DNA of 64,000 nt, taken from Octopus sinensis. Taxonomy: Eukaryota. Within the stretch, counting starts at the first letter, position 1; every line of letters begins with the position of its first letter. This document shows positions 13,873 through 27,760 of this stretch, one piece after another. Below the pieces are notes generated by a model, which made no database searches, was not told the origin of the DNA, and was given only the letters and a program-made list of their open reading frames with translations. The translations under genes were made by a program, and so were the position numbers. The stretch is taken from assembly GCF_006345805.1 (NCBI RefSeq), contig NW_021835994.1, forward strand, positions 62,001-126,000, written 5' to 3'.

Positions 13873-13928
13873 TTAATTGAAGGTCAGTGTAACGCGCATC
13901 CCATACGTATCATTTGGTTCATGTCACA
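13873..13928 (-). repeat. Probable Ginger terminal inverted repeat (5' end of the element whose integrase remnant is at 12172-12392)
   Basis: Reverse complement TGTGACATGAACC...GTTACACTGACCTTCAATTAA resembles the terminus at 16451 (TGTCACATGGGCC...GTTACATTGACCTTGAATTAA). Confidence 0.55.
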
Positions 13929-16179
13929 TAATATCATTTGCTTCAACAAGGCGGGAGCCCAGTTTCTTAGTTTTCCGCCTTGGTTTTTTGGTATGGTCTT
14001 TTTTTTATAATCAGCTCTGTGATCTCTATTCCCTCTATGTTTACATTTAGTGACCAGTCTAACAGCTTGTCTGGTATCTTCTAAATTAGGATCTCGAACT
14101 CTTTTTATTGTTGGATATAATCTGCAAGGGCGATCACAGTTGTTTCTATTTGAAGGACTAATCTCAGGTCTCAAAGAGCCGCCTCAGAGTAGACAAAAAA
14201 CAGAATATTAGATATTGGATCTTATTGTGGCTGCCGAAAAATATTCTATAGATAAATTGAGCTAAAATATATCAATATATTCATAGATTCGAAATTAGAA
14301 TCAAATCAAATGATCGAAATTACACGCGTGAGTGTGGATCGCTCCTTCAGAGGATTTCCCTTGCCATTGTACGTGGAAACTGTTTCTCCATCTACGAGGC
14401 GGGGAAGTCCTCTTGTTAACTCTCTTTTCTCTCTGTTTTTTTCTTTTAAGAAATAAAACATTTCACTTGAATCAAATGATTGCGATTTAAGTGCGGTTTT
14501 AATTCTTAGCAAAAAAATATTTCGATAAAATTATTTTTTGCCCATCAAATCATTAAAATTCATTTGTTATAATAAAAAATTTTAAGGATACAAAAATGAA
14601 TTGTAATCTTAAATTATGATTTTATTTTAAAAAATAAGTATGTGATAAACTTTTAGCACAGACATGGGATGAAGGTAGACAACAAGGAGTACGCCTCTGC
14701 CGCCAATCAACTTGCGGAGCTGGCATGTCGTGAGGACACTCAGCTAAACAATTACTTTGACGCAGAAATGAAAAATGATGAGAATTTTGCTGCAAACTCT
14801 TCTTCCAAGCGTAGAAGAGAAACCACTGACGATCTGGATTCTTAAATAATTTAAGATAGAATTTACATAATTAATTTATGATATAATATCTTAACCTTGT
14901 GATAAACTTTTTATCCAGATTTGGATTATCACGACGTTAAATGATATATATAATAGTCATTTAATAACGTAGTTTAATGTTTCTGCCATTGTTGTGCTTT
15001 TTTGGAACTCTTGCTTCTCAGATATATAGTTTTAACAATTCTCGAAAGGAAGCAATATTTTTATCAAACCTCTCTATATTTCCAAATACAATTCAAAATG
15101 AGTGTAAATCGAAAAGTATATATTTTTTTAATTTGTGAGATTTCACTCAAATTATCCAAAATCAAACAAATAACCTTGTAATTAATTGCTCTAACACTTT
15201 AAAAATTAAACTGTGGTATCAAGGTTACTAATAAAAAATATTTAACATTATTTAGAAGTTCCATATGTGAATTACACGTTGAACAAAAATTTTCGTCTAT
15301 ATTCTTTTGGTTTTAATAGAAAACATGACCCAGAAATTAACTCAAGAGAACATATAATCCTGGTGATTTTAGTAATTTATATAATAAAGTTCAATGATAA
15401 AATTGGATTTACGCGTGTAAGACCAAATAGAATTTACAATGTTGCATCGTCCCAGATAAAGACGTTTTCATCGAAATATACAATAAAAATTTTAAACGAA
15501 AACATTTCATTTAGTAGTCGCTTGAATTCTTTTATATTTTAGATTTTTCGTATATTCTCAAAAAAGTTAGTTTTATTATGCGCAAAAATGTTCTCCAATT
15601 TTCTATTGATACAAGATTAAATAACTTCAGTTCTTGCAATTTGTGCATCGAGGATTCATGTAATAAAACGACCAATAGTATTTATTTGATTTTGCAATTT
15701 AGAAATCGGGCAAATATTAACAAATAAAACTGGGAATATAAAGATTGTTGTGAAATTCACTTTACCAGAAGGAAATAAAGAATTTTATCATTTAATTCAT
15801 GAAATTAAAACCACACATATTTCTGTAAATTTTACTCTTGTAATTATTAGTCACCCATTCCTCGAACTACAATCATTTTGTCATTCCTGATGTCATTTCT
15901 TGCTGGACTCATAATAACCCTTATGAGTATAAACATTTTTATTTGACTATATTTAGTATATCGGAATTACAACAATAGATATTACAGTGAATTTCGTTTT
16001 AAAAATGATATGCCTGTTAATTTTCTCCGTGGAAATGATTATTTTAGCCCCATTAATCTAACAATCTAACAATTATTTGATATTTTAAAAATCATTCGTG
16101 TTTTACATTCTTTTTTTGTCACATTTTGATCTAGTATAACATTAACAGATAACAATAGGCATTAAATAGATAACAATAC

Positions 16180-16345
16180 GCAGAGAAGCAGCAGCCAAAA
16201 AAGCGACATGAAAATATTTTAGAAAATTTTTTTTTAATTTTTTGGTAAGAAGGTTTAAAGGACCTCACCATGTAGTCGGAGACATGCTTGTTGTTCATTT
16301 TAAGCAAAATCTAGAAAATATTTTTTTAATTTTTTTGGGCGAAGG
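16180..16345 (-). repeat. Degenerate inverted fragment of the Helitron at 59423-62287 (satellite unit plus GCAGCAGCCAAAAAAGCGACA)
   Basis: Reverse complement matches the 93-bp unit and the motif at ~61410-61437. Confidence 0.7.
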
Positions 16346-16450
16346 AGGCGGATCGATAGCAAAGAGAAGGAAGCTGGAACAAAAATTCTCATAAGATATT
16401 TTTTCCACCTCAATTGATTTATTAATTTGGATTTGGTATTCTTAATATTC

Positions 16451-18074
16451 TGTCACATGGGCCACGCGATACCTATGGCAGTCTGTTACATTGACCTTGA
16501 ATTAAGGTTAACTTCAATTAATTTCATTTTTTTTTTTTTTTCAAAAAAAAAATTTCATTTTATTAATAAAACCACAAAGAGTAAAATTTTGGTAACTATT
16601 TTTTTAGTCTGGTCATTAGTACTGTCGATATTTCTCCTTTCGAATTTTTTATCTATTAAATTAAAATATTTAAAACTACCTCAACGCGATTATTCGATAA
16701 TAATAATTATTTATGCAGCGGAAGAATACGGAGACTCAAACTTATCCAGTCGCAATGAAGGATTTGTTCCAAAGTCCTTTTTAACCCGTACCTATTTATT
16801 AATGTTTTTAATTCTTACTTTATCTCCCACGCTAAAAGTATACTTACTATTATGAACATTCATTCTCCTGTTCATAGCTTTGTAATAAATCGAATTTTCA
16901 TCAATTGGGTTAATTTCGAAATTGAATCTCTTCGCAGTTGGCAACAAATTGTCTGACTGGGAATAATCTAAATATATATTTTAAATCAAATTACGAGAAT
17001 TTTCAATAGATTCTGGAGTCGAACAATTAACCAAATCATCCATTTCTTCCAAAGTCACACACTCATCACTTAAATTATCTAAGACATAAGATATATGTAT
17101 AACCATGGATTATTGAATTTATTCCCTTTATTCCTCGATATCTTTCGAAAGGACTTTCGTTAGAAAATGAATGGACAGATATGTTATAACTGTACACAGC
17201 ATTTTCTAATTTATCAACCCACTTTTTTCACTGTTGTCCATCATTTTTGACAACTTCCTGGTTATCGTTTGATTGAATCTTTCGACAATTCCTTGAGCCC
17301 GAGGATTATTGGGCCTTCCGTGGATTTGTTTGATGTTAAAAGCAACGCATAGTTGTGTTATTTCTTGATTTTTGAATTCAGACCCATTGTCTGATTGAAG
17401 AAATTTGCATGGTCCATTTAGGCGAAACAAAGATCTCAAGTTTTGACACACTTCTTTACCAGACTTATTATAAAGTGGTCGTGCAAATGCAAATCTATAA
17501 AAAAAATTTAAGAAACCAACCTACTATAAATGTCAATGACCGTTAAAATCCATTTGAAATTTTCGTTTAGTGTTGAAAATCTTTTCAGATCTATTATGTC
17601 TATTTGAAAACGTTCATTTGGACAAGAAGCAAACACATGGTGATTTATATCTCCAATCTACAATTAAAAAAATCTTGAACTTTTAAAGGACGCGAAAATT
17701 TGCAAACTTCACAATTTCGAATGACTTTTCTGATAATGTCATTCTTGACAGTGAAATATCTTTGTCGACATTCATATTCAATTTTATTTACTCCTCCGTG
17801 TGAAAACTCATGTAATGATTTCGCCACAAGCTCCATTTCGGTTTCATTATCGAGGGATATGACTAACTTGGGATCGCTAGATTTAAGATAAAGTCTGTAA
17901 ATTAAGGGATATGACTAACTTGGGATCGCTAGATTTAAGATAAAGTCTGTAAATTAAGGGATATGACTAACTTGGGATCGCTAGATTTAAGATAAAGTCT
18001 GTAAATTTATTGCAAATTTACAGTACCTGTCATTGATAATGGTGAAATTCTCCATCTTCTTTATAAGTCTATAT
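16451..18074 (-). mobile_element. Ginger-type (Gypsy-like integrase) DNA transposon, 5' part cut by the hAT at 18075
   Basis: H...H/CxxC Zn domain, FQIDIID...WILTVID, LQSDNGSEF, QGIVERFN; TGTCAC terminus at 16451; 26-nt intron at 17495-17520. Confidence 0.85.
17853..18007. repeat. Tandem triplication of a 52-bp unit
   Basis: AGGGATATGACTAACTTGGGATCGCTAGATTTAAGATAAAGTCTGTAAATTA repeated three times. Confidence 0.95.
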
Positions 18075-20147
18075 CAGTGATTCTCAAGTGCGGCCCCTGG
18101 GGCCGCATGCGGCCCCTAGGATTTAATTTGCGGCCCCTAGGTTTTATAAATGTTTTATTTTTTAATTTAATATTTTTAAATTTTATGAATAAAAAAATGT
18201 CACGTTTTTTATTTGTTGTTGTGATGTCTGATTCTAAACGTTGTCGAAAACTTTCCGAGGAAAATAGGATTTTTCAACACATCTGGGAAGAAAAATATTT
18301 CATTATTGAGATCAATGGAAAGGCTCTTTGCCTAATATGCCATTCTATTATTGCAACTCTAAAAACGTATACAATCGAACGGCACTACCGTTTCCACTCT
18401 ATTCTTTATGACAAATTCACTGGTGTTTCTCGGACGAAAAAACTAAAACAAATGAAAGAAGATTATTTAAAACGATCATTTACTTTCAAAAGTGGCACAT
18501 ATTCGTCTAATATTAACCTGGCATCATACAAAATTAGTTACCTATTGGCTAAAAATATGAAGCCTTATTCTGATGGCGAATTATATAAAACGGCAATCGA
18601 AATATTTGCATCGGAATGTTGTTCGCCCGCTGTTTTCGATATTGCACACAAGTTACCTCTAAGTAACGATACTGTTACTAGAAGAGTCAGTGATATATCT
18701 GATAATCTGATTAACGAACTTTTACAGTATGCAAATTGTTTTGTAATTTTTAGAATTTGTAAAGATTTTCAATATTATTCTTTTGCGCTTGATTGTTCCA
18801 AAGATATTTCAGATATCGAACAATTAGTAGTGTTTATAAGGGGAGTAACATCTGACTTTCGAGTATACGAAGAATTTTTTTCATTGAATTCACTTCACGG
18901 AGAAACTAAAGGAACACAGATTTTTCTCCAATTGTGAAATTAATTGAAGATTATCAACTGGATCCAAAAAAATTAGTTTCAATTTCAACTGATGGAGCCC
19001 CTTATATGATTGGCAGTAAAACTGGTTTTCGTGGACGTATGAATAAATGGAGGTGTGATAATAACTGGACTCCAGTATTATGGCATCATTGCATTATTCA
19101 TCAGGAAAACCTAATTTCCAAAAATATTAAAATGGAAAATGTTTCTGAAGTAGTGATAAAAATTGTCAATTGGATTCGGGCGAACGCCTTGAATCACCGA
19201 AAATTTAAAACATTTTTAACTGAAACCGATTCGGATTATGGCGATGTCCTTCTTTTCTCAGTAGTAAGATGGTTAAGCCGTAGCTCTTGTCTCAAAAGGT
19301 TAATTTCTTTTATATTTAGATTTTATCAACTTCTCCCTGAAATTATTTTATTCACTGAAAATAAAGTGGACAATGCATTATTGAAAGACAATAGATGGGT
19401 AGCAGATTTAGCATTTTATGTGGATCTATCGGTGCATCTGTCTGCCCTAAATGTCGAACTACAAGGGGAAAATAAGCTAAATTATCAAATTTATGGATAT
19501 ATAAATGCCTTCGTTAAGAAATTAATTTTATGGAAAGCGCAGATATCAAATAATGATTACACACATTTTCCTTATTTGTCAGAAAATTCCGAAAGTGGCT
19601 CAACTGATAAATATTTAAAATAATTGAAGATTTAAATTTGCAATTTGATGCAAGATTTCAGGTTTTTAGTATTTAATTTAAGCTGACAGAGCTTTAAAGA
19701 AGGTGCAAATTCAATGAGATTATTTGCATCTCCATTAATTATGAAAAGTGAGGAGGTTTCCGGGATTTACCAACTGGAATTGATTGATTTGCAAAATGAT
19801 GTTGAACTGAAAAGTTTGTTCAACAACATTTCAATAATTGACTTTTATTCGAGAATTCCAGAGAACCGATTTCCGAATTTAGTCAATAATGCAAAGAAAA
19901 ATTTAGCAATGTTTGGATCAACATATGTCTGCGAATCGACATTTAGTAAACTCGTTCGAATTAAAACAAAGTTTCGCAGCAGATTGACTGATACTCATCT
20001 GAGTGATTTGTTACGTACTTCAACAAGTAGAATTAAACCTAATTTTGATTATTTGGTTAATAAATAATTCTTAAAAATTATTTGCGGCCCCTGTAAATTT
20101 TTTTTTTTAATTTGCGGCCCCTGAGCAAAAAAGCTTGAGAATCACTG
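18075..20147 (+). mobile_element. hAT transposon of the Buster/SPIN (GTF2IRD2-like) group; transposase ~18224-20067 with mini-introns
   Basis: TIRs CAGTGATTCTCAAG / CTTGAGAATCACTG with GCGGCCCC subterminal repeats; CLIC..RHY, ALD.S.D, STDGAP, HCIIHQE, VRWLS, FGSTYVCE; introns 18727-18753, 19299-19319, 19662-19689. Confidence 0.92.
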
Positions 20148-20225
20148 TTTTAGACATTTACGATGCACATCCATAATCTGGAATTTTTAAAAGTTAAAAC
20201 GAGTTTTTATTAATTAAAACACAAG

Positions 20226-21000
20226 TTAGTATTTAGTTACATCTCCTTTTTTCGATATTACATCATGTATTCTATTTGGGATCGACAAATACAAGTTTTG
20301 AATATAATCATCTCCCATCTTGTTCCATTCATCTTTTGCCATCTCCCATAGTTGCTTAACGTTCTGAGGGTTTCTATTTCTGATTTTGCTCTTTAAATAA
20401 TGCCAGCAATTTTCTATTATGTTAAGATCTGGCGATTGTGCAGGCCAATTGTTTAAAATATTCACTCCTTTTTCAAGCAAATAATTTTTGTAGACCGTGA
20501 AGTATGACATGATGCACCATCTTGTTGGAAAATAAAGTTATCATCATATATCTCAGAAAGCCCTTGTTCCAAGATTCGTTGATATTCTACGGAATCTACA
20601 TTTCCTTCGCACAATATCAAGGCACTTTTTCCATCGTGTCTGATACCGCCCCAAACCATGATTGAAGGTGCGAATTTCTGAGTTTTCGTTGTGTAGTTCG
20701 AATTGAATCTATTTCCAGGAGGTCTCCTTACGAATTCTCGTGCTTTCGAAATTAATTCGATGCGGCACTCGTCAGTAAAAATGACCTTATTCCAATCGAA
20801 TGAAATGTTTCTAGTGCAGAATATTTTTCTCTTCTTGATATTATTAGTTGAAAGTCTAGGTTTTTTGGCTGCTATTCTTACGAAAAGTTCATTTTTGCGT
20901 AAGATTCTTCGTACAGTTTCGACACTGACGGTTTCCGTAATATTTAGGTCTTTTCTGATTTCATTCGCTGTTTTTTTGGGAAAACGTCGAGACTCGAGAC
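20226..21000 (-). mobile_element. Tc1-family transposase fragment (5' truncated)
   Basis: VIFTDE, MVWGGI, FQQDGASCH, WPAQSPDLNIIENCW. Confidence 0.9.
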
Positions 21001-21299
21001 TTTCTTTTATTTTTATATTTAGATTTTATCAACTTCTCCCTGAAATTATTTTATTCACTGAAAATAAAGTGGACAATGCATTATTTTCGGTGCCTTGGAA
21101 GATTTTCGGGAAATTTATCATGTAAAGCATCTTTTAAAATTTGATATTCAACGCAATCTTTAACAACACCCTTGTAAGAAGCCATTGCAACAAAATAATC
21201 ATTCATGTTAATGCTAATCCACGGAAACAATTACCCCTGGACGACTGAAGCAAGCTTGTGCCTACTACAAAACCGCAACTTTTTTTCAATGACGGAGAA

Positions 21300-21826
21300 A
21301 ATAAATGCAGCCACTATAACTCATTCAAAAATCACCTTGCCACCAGGTGTGGCTCAATGCTTAACGTCATCTATCTCAGACGCCATAACGAAGTGGTCAA
21401 ATGCTTGCATCTGCATCTGTCACTAATATGGATATAAAGTAGAAAAAATTAAAAACTCATTGAGTCCAATATGTTATTACAAACGAATTTGTGAAAATCC
21501 AAGTTGACACAAACCTTCCGATGGATGCTATCCCGAATAGCAAACCTAACATTTTGGTTCACGACAAATCGAACAATACAATTACACTTATCCAGGTGGG
21601 TATCACTTCAAAAAATTGTCTCAAGCAGCTCGAAACCGAAAAGTTCTACAAATACGATTTGCTGGTAGAGAACTGGAGGCAATCACCGACCAAAAGTGAA
21701 ATCTTTCCTATTGTTATGCCCTGCGACGGAATTGTATCAAAATTCTTCAAAAACCACCTGGATGCGCTCGGAGTGGCAAATAAAATGAAGGCATATATCC
21801 AGACATACAATTCCATCATTTCTTAA
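21300..21826 (+). mobile_element. Non-LTR retroelement restriction-like endonuclease remnant (R2/R4/NeSL-like)
   Basis: KPNILVHDK...ITLIQVGIT...EKFYKY preceded by a degenerate CCHC-like segment. Confidence 0.65.
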
Positions 21827-22018
21827 CTTCACCTATATCGGATTTGTAAATATAAATGCACTTTTAAATCTCCAAACTTTATTAACCCACCCCGAAGGGC
21901 TAAAAAAACAAAAAGCTCCACAAGCGCATCGAACTATTTGATCTCGCCATATAAATAAAGCAAGCAAATAATCTCCAATAAAGTAAGATAGATGAAATTA
22001 TTAACCAAAATTATCAAA

Positions 22019-23265
22019 CTATTGACTAGCACACTCTACAGTTTCTCCCTGACTAGCCTGCTGACGTCTTCTACGACTACTCGACTTGGGATCATACAAC
22101 TCCGACTTGAGAACTTGCCCATCATCACAGTAACCATAGTCCGGCCGAGGAGGCAAAATGTCCCCAATCACTTTCAAATTCTCTCCAGTATACTCATTCT
22201 GAGGAAAAGTGACGAGAAATATAATAATGAGCTGTCCCTTCACCCTTCCATCCGATCCTCGCATTGGCATCCCCTCATTAGCCACAGAACGGTACGTTTC
22301 ATTACCAATAACAGTTCCAGGAGGGTTGCTTATTAACAACTTCCTCTGATCCAAAGTCTGAATTATCCTCTTAAACCCGCATAAACTCTCAGCGAGTGTA
22401 ATCTCCATTTTAATAATCAAATCCATGTCTTTTCTTATAAACGTGGAGTGTTCTTTCAGTTCCAACTCAATTATCAAATCACCGGCTCCACAGCCCGATT
22501 CACGTGATTTCCTTTCCCAGAAAACACCAGTCGCTTGTTTGACTTCATTCCCGGCTCAATTCTGACTCGAACCAACTCCTTAAGCACCACAATCTTCTTT
22601 CCGTTACATTTCCTGCACCGATTGCTTATAAACTCGCCCTCTCCGTCACATTCCGTGCACCGACGTTGAATTTTCTGGTAAAATCCCGGCTGTATTTGCA
22701 CTGTCTGATTCATCACCCCATGTCCCTTGCAATATCCACACGTTTCTACGTTTTTCCCACCACAGCCTTAAAGTTTACTCAAAAATATTAACCTCCGCAT
22801 TCTTCACACAAAACTTTCCGTGGAAGCTGTAAATTCCGTGTTTTTCCGGCGTAAAGTTCTTCCAGAGTTACCGTGAGGATATGGACAATGTTCTGCTCTC
22901 TAGAAATGTAAGATAATAGTTTGAGTACGTTCGGGGATCTGTTTTCTGGCCGGTAAAAAACGAGTTAAAAATATCCATAGGATTGGCAAACCCGTGGCCT
23001 CCTCCGCCTCCGGATTTAATTCCTTCTTCCCCGTATTTGTCGTATATTTCACGTTTTTCGGGGTTGATTAGCGTTTCGTAGGCGTTGGAAATTTCTTTGA
23101 ACTATTTTGAGTGGATAAATAATGGTTTTATACTTTTTCACCACCTTCTGGGTTTTTGTCCGGGTGATATTTGAGAGCCAGTTTTCGGTAGGATTTCTTA
23201 AGTTCTGATTCACTACAGCCTGGTTGGACGCCGAGGATATCGTAGAATTTAGTTTCTTTGACCAT
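22019..23265 (-). CDS. DNAJA1: Type I Hsp40 (DnaJ subfamily A), multi-exon
   Basis: [16 protein letters not shown] motif, G/F-rich region, CxxCxGxG repeats, C-terminal CASQ CAAX box; intron 23102-23133. Paralog assignment within DNAJA is uncertain. Confidence 0.92.
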
Positions 23266-23294
23266 CAGCAAGCACACGACGAGCACGAAACTAT

Positions 23295-23309
23295 GGAATG
23301 ATCTAGAAG
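23295..23309. promoter_or_regulatory. Possible heat-shock element
   Basis: gGAAt gATCt aGAAg, one mismatch to nGAAn-nTTCn-nGAAn, 30 bp upstream of the Hsp40 ATG. Confidence 0.3.
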
Positions 23310-25139
23310 CGAGAATTATTTTAATTAGGTAAGATGTAATTAAAAATAGTTTTTAATCAAATTATAATTAAGATTTAATTATTAAAGTCCAGTTAAACAC
23401 CGATGCAGCTGTACTAACTGACAAGTTTGACTGCCTCGCATGTCGTGACAGAATTGCACAAATCTCCTCACAAAATAATGAACTAAAATAGTTCATTTGT
23501 TGTTCCTTGCGAACTGCTGAATTCTACTTTTAATTGAACATGCAGGGATCTTTGCTAAGAACAGCACAAGATCAGATGGGATAACCATTTTTTCTTTTAA
23601 AGGGGAAAGTTTCTATAGAGGAAATTGTAAATTTGAAGTTCATAATAGAAAAATTGACTTGAAAATGGTATAGTCTATAACGTCACGTGCGTAATCGGCT
23701 GATTTGTGATGAGGGTTACCGGCGACCCATCTGAATACCGGTATTTAGTTGAATATTTTTTTCTGGTTATCCGGCAATAACCATTTTCTTGTTTACTTTA
23801 AAATTCACATTAACAAAGAAATTTTGATTAAAACTCATTATTTCGTCCATTCTCGACATTTCTTTTGTGACAATTCCAGCTCTTAAGTATCATTTTCACA
23901 AATATGAAACCTTATTTTTAAAATGAAAAGATGGACTATTGATATTGAACCCCCCAATACGCCCAGATGTTCCTGAAAACTACAACTGATTGAGAAATAA
24001 GTGTAAGAAGTTTTACTTAAATAGATGTTAGGCATCTATAATTATTTATTACAACGAAACATGGCTAAACCAGCGTCTAAGTATTCCGAATCTCTCCCTA
24101 TACCGACAGTTTCTCCAATACCAATTATTTACAGTATTTTTCAATATAAATTAAACCTCTTTATTATTCAGGCGAAAGCAACTTAAAATCCATTGACTTT
24201 GATAATTTAAACCGTCCAATGGGTGGTTAGATTTCCTGAAGTCACGCTATTTTATTGAAGCTTATTCCATTTGTGATAACAAGGCAAATGCTAATCGTCT
24301 ATTGTTGACGATTCGATTACACAAATTTCTATTGCGGAGGGTATCACAATAAGGACATATAATTAATAATTCGGATTAGTATAAATAGAAACAAAAATGT
24401 GCGGGGTTCAGTTATGATTGCCCTATTTGTACTCTTGTTTCGGATTAGTTCGAGAGGTGTTTTGATTTGATATTTATGCAAAGGATGCTATTCGCTGAAC
24501 AATGGTATAGATAAAATTGTCAACGATCGTCTGCAGTACTACAAATACTTGTATGAGGGATGCACATTGATTTATGGCCCGCGAGAAATAAATGTTTGGG
24601 ATATCAAATCAGATGAAAATCTGGAATCAGCAGGTTTATTAATCGATAGGTCTACTTTGAAGGTCACACACTAAGTACTTGTATACCAAGTAACCGCAAA
24701 TAAATTTAAGGTTTTCGAACCTCAAAATTATCAATGGACGTAATTTATTTTGAAGGAATGGGTTATTTATATACAAATCGAATATCGAGAATTTTGAGAT
24801 GAACAGTCTTTAACAAATTAATGATGTAAATATTTTTATTTCAAACGTGGAGGGATTTAAAATTCTTTCGGCAATAACATTTGACAAATTCACTGTCAAC
24901 AAAAAGTATTAGATGGTTGATACTCAATTTCGAGTTACAAGTAATAAAATATGTAATATTTAAGAACCAAAATGCCCTGCTAATTGTCCTTATTATGAAG
25001 GGAACCTCAGATTCTGGTCAGAAACTGAATTTCAAAAATGTATTGGGATTTTGGATCAATTTACTAACACATAATTGAACGATAATAAGTAATCCATTTT
25101 ATTGCAAAAACAGAGACAGTGACATAAATTTTTGACGTC

Positions 25140-26010
25140 CGATACAACAAGACGGCTGCTCTAGGCAGTCGAACTCTTCTGAGGAAACGTCTATTTTCTG
25201 TCTAAAGACAAGCTAAGCGTTTACCGGTCCCGATTAGATCGGTCACTTGAGATCGTCTCCGGAAAGACCGAATAGATTTCACAATGACCTGTCGTATCTC
25301 TGGTCTCCGCCCGGACCTTGTGGGTTAAGCCTGTAAGCTAGCCGGATTTTTTCGCATTTCCTGTTTACTCGAAATCTCTCGAGTAGATACGCTTCCATCC
25401 TGTACAGCAAACTGGGTAGGATGGCTTTCGCTCTTTTTTTCTTGATATTAAGACAGTAACCCGGGTTAGCGTCAATTGTGTGTATGCAGTTGGGGCAGTC
25501 AATTTCAGTTAGGGGCCCGGGACTCTGATCTGGTGACTTTTTTGTTGATTCGCAGGTAAGCGGATTTGTCCATTGCTAGCGAGAGCCGCTTACTGGCGCA
25601 CCACTCCTTTATCATCTCAATGTAGTTGGCAAGCCTTCTTTCTGAAGTCTTTGCGTCCTTTGAGGTGTCTAGGACGAGGACGTTTTCGCATATAGGAGCA
25701 AAGTTTTCCGGAAGTCAGAGGCAAAAGGAAACTGCTCATTCGAGATGTCTAAGCATAGAAGAGATAAAATTTCTTTGAATTCCATTGCTATCAAGGTTGA
25801 GGATTGACTGTAAGGAAACAGCCACTGCAGCACCGTCCCGAGCGTAAACCCTACTACTGTGTGAGCAGTACGTTCTGCTCTTCAGCCAGGAAATCGAGGC
25901 GTTTTGCCATGACTTTTTCCATTAATCTTGAGATGGTTGGGATTAAGCTTCTGGGACTGTAGCTAATAGTTAGATTCGTCGGCTTCTCAGGCTTCTTGAT
26001 CATCCGGACC
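25140..26010 (-). mobile_element. Degenerate LINE fragment (region just upstream of and including the start of RT)
   Basis: IKKPEKPTNLTISYSPRSLIPTISRLMEK resembles the LINE YRPISL...KLME motif; many stops. Confidence 0.55.
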
Positions 26011-26587
26011 TCGAGACCTCGATGAATAAAAATTTTTTAATAGAGATTAATTACTTTGGAGTTTGACACAACAAATTTTGAGAGTAAGTCAAAGGCAAAA
26101 GAATTTAAAAATACAAAGATATCTTATAACCCCAAAATAATCGAACCAGTTTTTACTGACAGTACAACGATTCGCAGTCAGTTGTGCGCATTCGAAGTTT
26201 TAGATTTGAAATTTTATAAAAAGCCAATTCCAGGCAAAATGAATGTGATCGTTCCATGTTTATGTCAAATTCTTAAATGAAACTTCCAATTTTTAAAAAC
26301 CTTTGAGTTATTAAATTCCGATTTCACTATCATGTAAAAGCCAACTGCTATTACGAAACGTGTGGCTATTATAGGTCGTTGATATCAAAAAATGATGGTG
26401 GTGGACGTCTTGTTTAAGTGAGCCACAGTTTGAGCAGTTCGAGGTTTTACAAAGATCATGTTTGAGAGAGTCAAAGACTAGCAAAAAGAAGGGGACATCA
26501 ACTAATTAATCTACAAGTATCTATCAAATTTGATTCCAATTTATTTAAATTTAATTAAATAGTCATAAATAAGATTTGTTAGTTACA

Positions 26588-27760
26588 ATGTGCTATAAAA
26601 CTAGTCGGAATATACACACAACACGACCTCTTAACTTCAACCCCTTTTTATGGCCCGTCGTAAGTCGAATACTAAAACTTGGAGCTGTTTACCTCGGGAG
26701 GTAATTATTACGATCCACTTTTCCTCAAGAATAGGCAGGAGGAAGGTTCTTTCTAAACGAAACGTGATTTTCCCTTTAATTCGTCGGCATAAACTGCCTA
26801 TTTTATGTTCCACATGTACTCTACTGGGTTTTGTCGTTACAAACCCAATTCTCAGGGACATACTGCTACTTCCACGTGGAAAGCACTCCAATAACTCAAA
26901 GAATCCGTTTTATGGGGGTCACTCGACAGCAAAGTAATGCTATTTCCCAACATGTCACTCAAATTGTACTATTTTACTCCATATACACAGTTTTTGGACA
27001 AATACAAAGACAGAATCACAGAAAAGGGTAGAAAAATAAACCAAATCCAACAAATATTGCAAAATATAGTCACAAAGAACAGTTCACTAATATCCTGTGA
27101 GGTCCCCCGAGTGACTGTAGTCGAGGACTCCTCGATAAACTCATTTGTGATCTCTGTAGCAGGTCCTTGTACCTAATTCTAGTCCGATCGAATATTCATC
27201 CACAGCGGAACTCTGTCAGTTTATAATTCGAAGCAAATCGCCTTCATTTTAGCCCACGAATTGGCACATATTGTACTCTCTCATCCGGTTGTTGTCAGTG
27301 GCTGACCCTCAGATGGAGAAACTCAACTCTGCCCAGTTGTTTGACGTTATTCTCATTTTGGGGTTGGCTGTGATTTGGTTTGTCGTCCCTCATGACGGAA
27401 TTGCCTTTGTTTCTTCTCTGTTTTACAGTAAATTGCACAATGTCTGGTTGGTTTGATTGTTTTAGATTATTCTGAATCTTCCATATTCACGAAAACTGGA
27501 GAAAGAGGCGGATTTTGTGGCATTGCTTCTTTTAGTTGGGGTAGATTGGATGAGTTGATTATTCCTAGGCAGGACATGATGTACGTGATGTAAGAGGGCT
27601 GTTTGATTCGATGGAGGATCCCATTCCTGAATATCTCTCTTCCCACCCGTCTTCCATTACGAGAGGGGACAACATTGAAAAAGCTATTCCAAAGGTGTTT
27701 AAGAGTTTGTTTATTTAGGTGATGTCTCTTGTTGGACAACCTCAATCTTATACTAAAAGA
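26588..27760 (+). CDS. OMA1: Mitochondrial metalloendopeptidase OMA1 (peptidase M48), multi-exon
   Basis: HVESTPITQRIRF, IAFILAHELAH (HEXXH), PYSRKLEKEAD, PEYLSSHP. Confidence 0.85.

Noticed and set aside
14668-14844. Small ORF MKVDNKEYAS...TTDDLDS preceded by a possible 19-nt intron
   Set aside because: No recognisable homology or upstream exon; too weak to call.
24061-24900. Possible short multi-exon gene starting MAKPASK
   Set aside because: No consistent spliced frame or family could be established by eye.
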